Of a stretch of 64,000 nt of DNA, positions 17,672 to 26,413 are shown piece after piece. Every line of letters starts with the position of its first letter. Positions within the stretch are counted from its first letter, which is position 1. Where the stretch lies: positions 10,580 to 74,579 of the forward strand of contig JBAZLK010000005.1 in NCBI GenBank assembly GCA_041650335.1, written 5' to 3'. The position numbers were made by a program, and so were the translations under genes. This stretch comes from Patescibacteria group bacterium. Lineage in GTDB: Bacteria; Patescibacteriota; Patescibacteriia; JAHIZJ01. Under the pieces are notes generated by a model. The model was not told the DNA's origin, ran no database searches, and saw nothing but the letters and a program-made list of their open reading frames with translations.

Positions 17672-18604
17672 TTACTTCTTCCGGCGGTAAAATCGGGCCG
17701 CCTCCTCGGGCGAAACGGTATTGACGATCAGACGGGAGCCAAGCTCGAGACCGGCCCAGGTGTCGCGTCTCGGGCAGATGCGGATATAGAAGTGCTCATC
17801 TTTATAGTGGACAACTTGATGGACGTAGAAATTATAGGGAAAGTTTATGGCGTTTAGCTTCGAGAGGATCGGTTTCAAGGCGAGCGCCACCGAACGACGC
17901 TCCCGATCATTCAAATCGGCGAGATTGTCGATGTGCCGGCGGGTCAGAATCATTACCTCGTAATTATAGGTTGAGGCGTAGGGGGTGAGTACGGCAACGT
18001 TCTTGTCGTGCCAAACCCAGCGTGGTCCGCCCTGTTCCCGCTTGATCAGGCGGCAATAATAGCAGCGGCCGTTGCGGATTTCATATTCCTCGGCGCGAGC
18101 CAGTTTTTCCAGCACGTGGGGGGGGATGAATTCAGCGGCGAAGATCTGGGAATGGGCATGATCAATTGAGGCGCCGGCTTTACCGCCGTCATTCTTGAAA
18201 ACAAGGATATAGTTAATTCGCGGGTCTTTGGCAAGCACCTTGATCCGCTGACCGAATGTCTTGAGCACGGTGATCAGCTGGTCGAGCGACAATTCAGCCA
18301 ACTCAACATCGTGTTCCGGCGTTTCAATCACGACTTCCTGATGGCCGTAGACGGCCTGATTTGTTTCCTCAACGATCGGAAACTTGTTTTTTATCACCTT
18401 CACCTGCCACGGCCGTTTCCCAACCGTCGTAATGGCTTTCACCTTATCAACCACTTCGGGGCAAAAGGGACAGTCTTTCTTGTGAATCATCGGCGGAATA
18501 TGCTGGCTAAAGTTGTGCGGCCGCTTTGATCGTCCCGGCGCGATGATGACCTGACGGTTATGGATGTAGTCTTCTCGTATTTCGGCTTTGGGTGTCGGTT
18601 TCAT
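17672..18604 (-). CDS. GalT-family (HIT-like) hexose-1-phosphate nucleotidyltransferase
   Basis: CPFCPE zinc motif and FKNDGGKAGASIDHAHSQIFA (HxHxQ active-site block), with a duplicated half-domain. Start set to MKPTPKAEI at 18604, 4 nt from the glgA stop. Confidence 0.65.
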   Translation of the reverse strand: MKPTPKAEIREDYIHNRQVIIAPGRSKRPHNFSQHIPPMIHKKDCPFCPEVVDKVKAITTVGKRPWQVKVIKNKFPIVEETNQAVYGHQEVVIETPEHDVELAELSLDQLITVLKTFGQRIKVLAKDPRINYILVFKNDGGKAGASIDHAHSQIFAAEFIPPHVLEKLARAEEYEIRNGRCYYCRLIKREQGGPRWVWHDKNVAVLTPYASTYNYEVMILTRRHIDNLADLNDRERRSVALALKPILSKLNAINFPYNFYVHQVVHYKDEHFYIRICPRRDTWAGLELGSRLIVNTVSPEEAARFYRRKK

Positions 18605-18608
18605 ACGC

Positions 18609-20069
18609 TTACTGTACCAATTTCTTATAGAGTTGTACATATTCTTTTGCCGCCGTGGTCCAGGTTGAGTCGTGAGCCAGGGCCGTTCGTATGAGAGATT
18701 TCCAGGCGTCTGGATTGTGCCGGTAGACGTCAGTGGCTCGCTCAATTGATTGAATAAGGGCGGCCGTAGAGTATTCGCTGAAGACAAAGCCGTCGCCGGT
18801 GCCGCTGGCCGGGTTGTAATCCTCAACCGTATCTTTCAGTCCGCCGGTAGCACGGGCGATCGGCACGGTGCCATAGCGCATTGCAATAAGCTGGCCTAGA
18901 CCGCACGGTTCAAATCGCGACGGCATCAGAAAGATGTCTGAACCGGCGTAGATGGCTTGCGCGAGGCTGGCGTCAAAACCGATCGTAACCGAGACGTGTT
19001 TCGGGTATTTTTTTTGGACTTCCTGGAGCATTGTTTCATATTCCGTGGCACCCTGACCCAAAACGATTAATTGAGCGCCTAGCTCGACGATTTTCGGGAC
19101 TGCCTCCGCAATCAGCTCGATACCTTTCTGGTTCGTCAGGCGCGAAACCAAGCCAAAGACGAGCGTCTCAGGATTAACCGCTAAACCAACCTTTTCCTGA
19201 AGCGCCTTTTTGTTGTCAGCCTTTTTCTCGATCGTCTCGCTGGTGTAGTGGACGGCGATATCAGGATCAGTGGCTGGATTAAAGCGGTCTTGGTCAATTC
19301 CGTTGACGATGCCAAAGAGCACTGTGCGCCGCTTTTGGATATCATTTTCAAGTTTTTCTCCATATTCCGGGGTGAGAATCTCTTGGGCATAAGTTTGACT
19401 GACCGCGTTCAGGAGGTCGCTCGATCGAATGCCCTGCTGGATTAGGTTGATATCGCCCGATTCGAGGGGTAGCGGCAACTCAGCTTCCTTGAGACCGAGG
19501 AAATCGAGCACCTCAGCCTTATTCCACAACCCTTGGTTGGCCAGATTGTGGATGGTAAAAAGCGTTTTTATTGATTGGACCGACGGTTCGGACCGCTGTT
19601 TCAGTTTCAGCAAGGTCGGGAGAATGCCGACGTGCCAGTCCTGGCAATGGATGATGTCTGGCGTCCAGCGAATGCCGCCGAATATTTCAAGGATCGCTTT
19701 CGAGAAGAAGACAAAACGATGGACTTCGCTGATCGAGTCGACAAAAGCTGTTTTTGAAAAATAAATTCCGTTCCGGCCGAGATACTTCTCATTATCGATC
19801 AGATAGACGATAACATTGGTGTTCGGGATGGTGGTCGAGTAGATGTTGACATATTGGGTTTCGGCGCCGAGCGTCACCGGGATGTTGGAGGCGACTAGCC
19901 GGCTGTGGTAGGTCGCGTCGTCAATGACGTCGTATTTCGGCAAAACAACGCGGACGTCGACGCCGAGCGTTGCTAAGACTGGTGGCAAGGCGCCGGCGAC
20001 ATCAGCCAGGCCGCCGACTTTGGCGATTGGCGTCAATTCTGCGGTAGCGAATAGGACTCGTAAGCTCAT
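18609..20069 (-). CDS. glgA: Glycogen/starch synthase (GT5)
   Basis: N-terminal MSLRVLFATAELTPIAKVGGLADVAGALP is the GlgA signature. Length about 487 aa. Confidence 0.85.
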   Translation of the reverse strand: MSLRVLFATAELTPIAKVGGLADVAGALPPVLATLGVDVRVVLPKYDVIDDATYHSRLVASNIPVTLGAETQYVNIYSTTIPNTNVIVYLIDNEKYLGRNGIYFSKTAFVDSISEVHRFVFFSKAILEIFGGIRWTPDIIHCQDWHVGILPTLLKLKQRSEPSVQSIKTLFTIHNLANQGLWNKAEVLDFLGLKEAELPLPLESGDINLIQQGIRSSDLLNAVSQTYAQEILTPEYGEKLENDIQKRRTVLFGIVNGIDQDRFNPATDPDIAVHYTSETIEKKADNKKALQEKVGLAVNPETLVFGLVSRLTNQKGIELIAEAVPKIVELGAQLIVLGQGATEYETMLQEVQKKYPKHVSVTIGFDASLAQAIYAGSDIFLMPSRFEPCGLGQLIAMRYGTVPIARATGGLKDTVEDYNPASGTGDGFVFSEYSTAALIQSIERATDVYRHNPDAWKSLIRTALAHDSTWTTAAKEYVQLYKKLVQ

Positions 20070-20079
20070 GGGTTGTGTA

Positions 20080-21060
20080 TTAATAAGGATGAAATTTACC
20101 GGCAATAATATTGAGGGCCACGTTCCGGAAAAAGGGCAAGGCGGTTACGGCGTATTTTTTCTCTGTCGGATTGGTGGTCAAGGTGAAATAGTCAATATTG
20201 TTGATGCTTTGCAATAAGACCTCGACTTCAAAGAGCGTCCAAAAATGTTTCTTGAAAAGCGTCTGCTTGTAGAATGATCGCAGGAGGGCTTTTTGCCAGG
20301 CTGGATGGAGCCGGCCGCGGCACCAGATGACGGAAAGGTCGTGAGCGGCTGTTCCCCAATCGACGTTTTCCCAGTCGATGATAAAGAATTTATTCGGTCC
20401 ATGCTTGAAAAAATGGCTGGCGTATGGCTCGTAGTGCGTCAGCGCGTATTGATTGGCATCAAAGAGACGGCCCCGTTCCAGCAAAAAGCGCTGGGTTCGT
20501 TCGATGATCTGAGGCGAGTTAATCAGCCGGGGCAATTTATACCAGCCGATCAAGGCCATGTTCGTTTCCAGATTATGCCCGGTATAGACGCGGCGCAAGT
20601 GCGGGGGAAAACGATGCGACATCCGATGCACGCGCCCAAAAAAAGTCGTATACCAACGGATCGTGCCGGCGGTGAAAAAGGAAGGTTTAAAGATAAAATT
20701 GCTATCCTTAATATTCTGAGCCTCGCCGGATAATTGCTCGCGGATGTACCAGCGCCGGCCAATCAATCCATACGCGTAAATCCGCCCGGTCCGGCCTTGG
20801 AAAAACCGCGGGTCACGTTGTGAAAAGTAGCTCAGGAGCAACGCCTCCTTTTTCAGTCCGTGGTTTGGAAACCGATCGGTTCTTGGCGGCTTAAAGCACA
20901 TTTTAAAAATGACGCGGCGGTCACCCATTTGGCAGGCCGCCACAAAAAACCTCGGGCCGTTGCGATAGACATCAAGAACAGTCAGCTGGTAGGCAGCGAT
21001 GATCCGTTTAATATGCTGTTCGCCGTCGTGGCGCTCTTTAGCGGTGAGCCGCGGCTCCAT
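20080..21060 (-). CDS. APH/CotS-like phosphotransferase-fold protein (kinase-like, divergent catalytic motif)
   Basis: FFIIDWENVDWGTAAHDLS matches the APH viDfE...Dla block. The Brenner motif is degenerate (THYEPYASH). Confidence 0.45.
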   Translation of the reverse strand: MEPRLTAKERHDGEQHIKRIIAAYQLTVLDVYRNGPRFFVAACQMGDRRVIFKMCFKPPRTDRFPNHGLKKEALLLSYFSQRDPRFFQGRTGRIYAYGLIGRRWYIREQLSGEAQNIKDSNFIFKPSFFTAGTIRWYTTFFGRVHRMSHRFPPHLRRVYTGHNLETNMALIGWYKLPRLINSPQIIERTQRFLLERGRLFDANQYALTHYEPYASHFFKHGPNKFFIIDWENVDWGTAAHDLSVIWCRGRLHPAWQKALLRSFYKQTLFKKHFWTLFEVEVLLQSINNIDYFTLTTNPTEKKYAVTALPFFRNVALNIIAGKFHPY

Positions 21061-22438
21061 GTTTTTTCGTTAAGAGGGTCTTTTTCTCCTCCAATTCGCT
21101 GATCCGGTTTCGGATTTGGGCGGCGCGTTCGTACTCTTTGCTCCGGGCGGCTTGATACATTTGACGGGTGAGATTGCCCACGATCCGATTATATTCACGG
21201 ATCGGAATATACGGCATTTCTACGGTAATCCGCTGGGTGACGTCTTCATCGGCCAACTTGGCCATCGTTTCAACCTTGCCGGTCCGCTGCCAGTCGAAAG
21301 CCGTAAAGACGATCTTTTGATATAAATCCTGGGCTTGACGTGCGATGGCCGGGGACTGTCGCGGTATCGCGAGGATGACATCGCGGAGTTCTTTGGCGCC
21401 CGCCTCAATCATCTCGATGCTCCACCAGGGCATGGCCGAAGCCCACCAATATTGATCGCTGTGCAAGGAACGGTCGAGCGCGGGCCGTATTTTGGCATAG
21501 GCGGAGGACGTCGTTGGCAGGCGATGAACCTGCTCGATGGCTAAGTTTGTCAGTTTCCACTGGGCGCGATGGATTTCGTTGTGAACGTCGTTCCAGCGTG
21601 AGTAGGGGGTATTTTCCTCAATATCGCGCTGCATGAGCGCCCAGCTTGACGGTCGGGGAACGACCGGCTCGCGTTTAGAAAAGTGCTGCGGCAGTTCAGA
21701 CAGTGTCACGCTCTTGATCTGCGGCACGCGGTAGAGATCGAAGAGCAGCTGTTCCAGGCCGGGCCGATGGTGGCCGAAGGTTTCTCCGTCCATGGCCGTG
21801 ACGAGAAAAGAGTGGCTCCGTAGGCGGTCACCGAGCAAATTGACGAGCATCCGGCTGGAAAAGACGCTCACGCCGATCTGAGCAGACAGAATACGGAAAC
21901 TAATGTCGCGTTCTCGGAAAAAGAAAAAGAAGCCTTTGTCGCCGCGCAGATGGCAGATCGTTTCATGGTCGGCGGCGTGATGATTGGGATGGGCCAGCTC
22001 ATCGATAATAATCCACTGATAGCCCAGTTTTTTTGCCACGCGGGTAAGCTTTGCCGCGTACCCCATTTCGGTCGGGAAAAGGCCTTTGGGCTGGTACGCC
22101 TTTCCGAAAACACGCCGGTTGGTTTGATGATTGAGCTGGATCTGGCGGATAATCTCTGATTCCGGCAGGAGCGGAAGGAAGGGATGGTATTTGGCCGTGT
22201 CAGTGAATTCGATTTGACCCCGTTCGGCCAATTTCCGGATGTTTGCTAGCACGTCCTGGAAGCCATCGCGCTGGAGCAGCTCGACGAGAATAGCGTTGAT
22301 ATTCAAGGTCAAACGGGCCTGGCGGTTTTTCAAGAAGCCGGCAAAAAGCTTGCGGTAGCATTCGTTGGCGATTTTCTTCACCCAAAATGGCTTCTGCGTC
22401 GGTGGCTGATAAATGTGGAGAAAGTTTGCCCAATACAT
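21038..22438 (-). CDS. GH57 family alpha-glucan enzyme with C-terminal UVR motif
   Basis: N-terminal MYWANFLHIYQPP is typical of GH57. The C-terminal YERAAQIRNRISELEEK resembles a UvrB/UvrC-type UVR helix. Confidence 0.7.
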   Translation of the reverse strand: MYWANFLHIYQPPTQKPFWVKKIANECYRKLFAGFLKNRQARLTLNINAILVELLQRDGFQDVLANIRKLAERGQIEFTDTAKYHPFLPLLPESEIIRQIQLNHQTNRRVFGKAYQPKGLFPTEMGYAAKLTRVAKKLGYQWIIIDELAHPNHHAADHETICHLRGDKGFFFFFRERDISFRILSAQIGVSVFSSRMLVNLLGDRLRSHSFLVTAMDGETFGHHRPGLEQLLFDLYRVPQIKSVTLSELPQHFSKREPVVPRPSSWALMQRDIEENTPYSRWNDVHNEIHRAQWKLTNLAIEQVHRLPTTSSAYAKIRPALDRSLHSDQYWWASAMPWWSIEMIEAGAKELRDVILAIPRQSPAIARQAQDLYQKIVFTAFDWQRTGKVETMAKLADEDVTQRITVEMPYIPIREYNRIVGNLTRQMYQAARSKEYERAAQIRNRISELEEKKTLLTKKHGAAAHR

Positions 22439-22442
22439 AGTT

Positions 22443-23675
22443 TTAGGTTACTGTTTTTCCTCCGAAGACGCGCGTGAACGTTTCGGTGTTTAAATAAGCT
22501 TGGCGGATATTTCGAGCCAGGCCGCTCCGCTGCCAGCGACGTGTTTCCGTGACGATGCCAGTATAGAGCCGCTGGGCTTGCCGGCACGTCGCTTTCGGAC
22601 AGTTCAGGAGGGCGAGCACGGCCAGATATTTTCGAGCGGCGGCTGACACGAGTTCTACGCTCCACCAGGGTGAGGCTGAGGCCCACCAGTACTGGTCAGA
22701 GGCCAGGGCTTTATCGAGAAGTTGTCGGGCGCCTGTCTGTTGGGCGTAGGGCTGGTCCGATGATTTGACCGCGCGAATCGTCAGCTCGGTCAGCTTCCAT
22801 TGCATGCGGTGGATAGTATTTTGTTTATTTTTCCAGAGGTAATACGGATGATCGTGGAGAAGCTCAGATTCGCGTGACGCCCAATTCGAGGCGACTGGAC
22901 GAGCGCTTTCCCAGCGGCGATAGGTTCGGAGCAATTCAGACATAGTCAACAAACGAAAACGTCGCGATCGAGCGAGAGTAAACCAGGTTTTTAGAAGTCG
23001 CGGATTATGGTGGCCAAGATTTTCGATGTCAACGCCGGTAATTAACCGGCCATGCACTCGCGGGTCGCGCTGGACAACGGTCAGGAACACGTCGGGTGAC
23101 TTCAAGGCATCCATGAAAAAGAGATCGCTGATGGTACGGTTGCGGAAGATCAGTTTCAGCGGCGTCTTGTTCAAGCGGTACCCGCGTTCGAAATCGACGG
23201 CGCCGAGGGTCCCAGTCAACGAAATTTCATCAAGAATCGTCCAGGCATAACCGAGTTTCGCGATCATTCGGCCGGTGCGTTCGCTGTAGCACATCTCCGG
23301 GAGATAAAAACCGCGGGGATTGTAGGCTGAACCAAAGGCCGACCGGTGACATTCGTCGTTCAAGGCAATCTGTCGCACGATTTCGGTATTAGGAAGGAGC
23401 GGCACGAGCGGGTGATACTTCACGGTGGCGGTCACTTCAATCTGCTTCCGCTCAAGTAGCCGGCGAATATCAGCCACCACATCGGCCGCGCCGAGCGACT
23501 CCATTTGTTCCGTCACTGAGCCGCAGAGGTTAAGCGTCAGTCGAATGGACGGCTGTTGTTTCAAGAGCCGAAAGAACGGTCGATAGCATTCACGAATCAC
23601 TCGTTTGACCACGCGACGATTCCAGTCGGGTGGCTGGTACATATGAAAAAAGTTTGCCCAGAAAACGCGTGACAT
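22443..23675 (-). CDS. GH57 family alpha-glucan enzyme (paralog)
   Basis: N-terminal MSRVFWANFFHMYQPP. Paralogous to the adjacent GH57. Confidence 0.7.
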   Translation of the reverse strand: MSRVFWANFFHMYQPPDWNRRVVKRVIRECYRPFFRLLKQQPSIRLTLNLCGSVTEQMESLGAADVVADIRRLLERKQIEVTATVKYHPLVPLLPNTEIVRQIALNDECHRSAFGSAYNPRGFYLPEMCYSERTGRMIAKLGYAWTILDEISLTGTLGAVDFERGYRLNKTPLKLIFRNRTISDLFFMDALKSPDVFLTVVQRDPRVHGRLITGVDIENLGHHNPRLLKTWFTLARSRRFRLLTMSELLRTYRRWESARPVASNWASRESELLHDHPYYLWKNKQNTIHRMQWKLTELTIRAVKSSDQPYAQQTGARQLLDKALASDQYWWASASPWWSVELVSAAARKYLAVLALLNCPKATCRQAQRLYTGIVTETRRWQRSGLARNIRQAYLNTETFTRVFGGKTVT

Positions 23676-23683
23676 GGCCTTAA

Positions 23684-25162
23684 TTATACCCGGTGTTGAG
23701 CATAGCGTAAAGCTAAACGGAAGAGTTTGACGTATTTTTTTGCCGGTATTTCCCAGGAATAACTTTGTTGCATTCCGCGGCCGACCAAATCGCGCCAGGC
23801 GTCGTCGTATTTGAAATTTACCAGGGCGCGCGTAATCGCCACCAAGAGATCGCGCGAGTCGTATTTCCGGAACACAAAGCCGTTGCCATGACGGGTTTTG
23901 GGATTAAAATCCGTAATCGTATCGACCAGGCCGCCGACCGCGTGGACAATCGGCACCGAACCGTACCGCAAGCTGATTAATTGCCCGATCCCGCAGGGTT
24001 CGAAGCGCGAGGGCATTAGAAACATGTCCGAGCCGGCATAAATCTGACTGGCCTTCGTGGTATCAAACTGAAGATGAGCGGCAATCTTTTTCGGATGTTT
24101 TTTTGAAATTTTTCTGAAGAAACTCTCGTATCGTTTATCGCCACCCCCCACGACGACAAGCTGCAGCTCTTGGCGCATCAGTGGTTCAATGATGTCCATG
24201 ATAAGATCCACCCCTTTTTGCTCGGTGATCCGGGAGACCATCCCAATCAGCGGCACCTCAAGAGTTTTTGGCAAGCCAAATAATTTTTGAAGAAATACTT
24301 TATTTTTTAATTTTAGCGGGATGGAATTAAAATCATAATTTACTTCCAAGCCAGGATCGGTTGCCGGGTTAAAGTCAAAGTAATCAATGCCGTTTATGAT
24401 GCCAAAGACCCGATCCTTGCGATTGAGTAGGATGCGATGCAAATCCTGGCCGAATTCTTTTGTCAGAATTTCCATGGCGTATTGTTCCGAAACCGTGTTG
24501 ATGGCGTCGGCGTGGAGGATCGCGCGTTTGGCGTAATTAATATACTCAATCGCTTCGCGCTCCGAAAAACGCGGTAAACGAGAGTGTCCGTTGTCTTTCT
24601 GGTCGGGCGGAACCGACCACCAGTCATGCCCCATTTGGAAGGCCAGATTGTGAATCGTATAGAGTGTGGCGGTTGAACGAAACAGGTCGTTGTCTTGAAA
24701 CCGACGCTTCAGAAAATATGGGATCAAACCGGTGTGCCACTCGTGGCATTGGATAACGTCTGGTTTGAAGTTGATGAGCGTTAATAGCTTCAAGGTTGCC
24801 AGATTGAACAGAAAAAAACGTCGGTTGTCGTGCCGAGAACCATAAATTTCCTTGCGACTACCGAAGTATTGATAAAAGTCAACGAAGTATATCGGCAGTC
24901 CTTTCATTAATTCACCTTCCCAGAAGTTAACGTGACGAACCTCGTTCTCATCGAGCTGGATCGGAACGTCGGCGGCGATCTGCTTCAGGTGGTTTTTGGC
25001 CGGATCGACGAAGCCATAAAGCGGCGTGACAACGATTACCCGATGGCCAAGTCGCCGCAGGGCTTTCGGCAGAGAACGGGCAACGTCAGCCTGGCCGCCG
25101 GCCTTTGAAAAAGGGGCGACCTCGGCTGAAACGCTGACTATCGATAATGGGCGGAGGGCCAT
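23684..25162 (-). CDS. glgA: Glycogen/starch synthase (GT5), second copy
   Basis: LSIVSVSAEVAPFSKAGGQADVARSLPKAL N-terminus, with the C-terminal GT-B region conserved relative to the copy at 18609. Confidence 0.85.
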   Translation of the reverse strand: MALRPLSIVSVSAEVAPFSKAGGQADVARSLPKALRRLGHRVIVVTPLYGFVDPAKNHLKQIAADVPIQLDENEVRHVNFWEGELMKGLPIYFVDFYQYFGSRKEIYGSRHDNRRFFLFNLATLKLLTLINFKPDVIQCHEWHTGLIPYFLKRRFQDNDLFRSTATLYTIHNLAFQMGHDWWSVPPDQKDNGHSRLPRFSEREAIEYINYAKRAILHADAINTVSEQYAMEILTKEFGQDLHRILLNRKDRVFGIINGIDYFDFNPATDPGLEVNYDFNSIPLKLKNKVFLQKLFGLPKTLEVPLIGMVSRITEQKGVDLIMDIIEPLMRQELQLVVVGGGDKRYESFFRKISKKHPKKIAAHLQFDTTKASQIYAGSDMFLMPSRFEPCGIGQLISLRYGSVPIVHAVGGLVDTITDFNPKTRHGNGFVFRKYDSRDLLVAITRALVNFKYDDAWRDLVGRGMQQSYSWEIPAKKYVKLFRLALRYAQHRV

Positions 25163-25171
25163 AGAAGATAT

Positions 25172-25660
25172 TTAGGGATGAAGTTTGTGAGTGAGAATAT
25201 GTTGAGCGGCGCAATAGGCGCAGGCCACGGCGTCGGCTGCGTCGTCAGGACCGGGCAAGTTTTTGACTTTCAGAAGCAGCTTGAGGATTTTTTCGACTTG
25301 GCCTTTTGGCGCTTGGCCGTATCCAGTCACCGCCTGTTTGATTTGGAGCGGCGTCAATTCGATGATTGGCAGAGCCGCGGTGGTGACGGTAAATGTTATC
25401 ACGCCCCAGGCCTGGCCAACACTGAAGGCCGTTTTCGCATTTTTAAAAAAGAATAACCGTTCGATGGCGACGTGATCAGGCTTGTGGCGTTGGAGTATTT
25501 TTTTCAGCGAGCGGTTGATGACGATCAGCCGTTGCGCAAACGGCATCGTGGCCGACGTCGTGATGCAGCCAGCGTCGATATAGCTGAGGGCTGATCCCTG
25601 TTTCCGGATGACCCCATAGCCGATTCGAGCCAGACCCGGATCAATGCCGAGAATAATCAT
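25172..25660 (-). CDS. ruvC: Holliday junction resolvase RuvC
   Basis: MIILGIDPGLARIGYGVI and conserved acidic residues. Size 162 aa. Confidence 0.88.
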   Translation of the reverse strand: MIILGIDPGLARIGYGVIRKQGSALSYIDAGCITTSATMPFAQRLIVINRSLKKILQRHKPDHVAIERLFFFKNAKTAFSVGQAWGVITFTVTTAALPIIELTPLQIKQAVTGYGQAPKGQVEKILKLLLKVKNLPGPDDAADAVACAYCAAQHILTHKLHP

Positions 25661-26385
25661 GGTTGATTGTTCGTATAGACGGCGTGGACGTCCTGGAGGT
25701 TCTCGAGATCGCTGATGAGTTGATCGAGTTTTTCACGCGCGGCCGGCTCAAGTTGCACCGGATTTTGCGGAATCAAGATAAGCTCGGCCGTGGCAACGGG
25801 TATGTGAAGCGAAAGAATTTTATCCTGAACAGCTTTCAGTTGATTTGGCGGTGTTGTAATTTCAATGCCTTCGGGATTCTCGCGGACGTCGTCTGCCCCG
25901 GCGTCAATCAGCTGAAGCTCAAGTTCATCTCGCGGCGTGGTGGGCAGATCCTTTTTCGCGATCAGGATAAGCCCGGCCGATGAAAATTGCCATTTAACGG
26001 AATTCGGCGTTCCGAGTGTCCCGCCATGTTTTCCAAAAACGGCTCGGATGTCATTAGAGGTCCGGTTTTTATTGTCGGTCATTGTTTCAACAACCAAGGC
26101 GGCTCCGCCCGGGCCAAAACCCTCATAAAAAACAACATCAATGATCGCATCACTGCCCTCACCGGCGCCACGGGCAATGGCTCGCTCAATGCTCTGATTC
26201 GGCATATTGACAGCTCGGGCCCGCTCAATCGCCAGCCGAAGCTTGAAATTCATCTCCGGATTTTTGCCGCCGTCCCGGACCGCGACCGAAATGGCGTTGC
26301 TCATCTTGGTGAACACGCCGCTCCGTTTCACGTCCGCTGTGCCCTTCTGCCTTTTAATTTGTGCCCATTTAGAATGGCCAGACAT
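25657..26385 (-). CDS. yebC: YebC/PmpR family DNA-binding regulator
   Basis: MSGHSKWAQIKRQKGTADVKRSGVFTK N-terminus. Start reassigned to 26385. Confidence 0.88.
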   Translation of the reverse strand: MSGHSKWAQIKRQKGTADVKRSGVFTKMSNAISVAVRDGGKNPEMNFKLRLAIERARAVNMPNQSIERAIARGAGEGSDAIIDVVFYEGFGPGGAALVVETMTDNKNRTSNDIRAVFGKHGGTLGTPNSVKWQFSSAGLILIAKKDLPTTPRDELELQLIDAGADDVRENPEGIEITTPPNQLKAVQDKILSLHIPVATAELILIPQNPVQLEPAAREKLDQLISDLENLQDVHAVYTNNQP

Positions 26386-26413
26386 AGCCACAATGTAATC
26401 AAAAAACTTAAAC

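Noticed and set aside
17183-17857. 224-aa plus-strand ORF
   Set aside because: It lies antisense to two better-supported minus-strand genes (the 121-aa hypothetical and the GalT-like enzyme). Its sequence is low-complexity and Arg-rich, typical of a GC-rich antisense frame.
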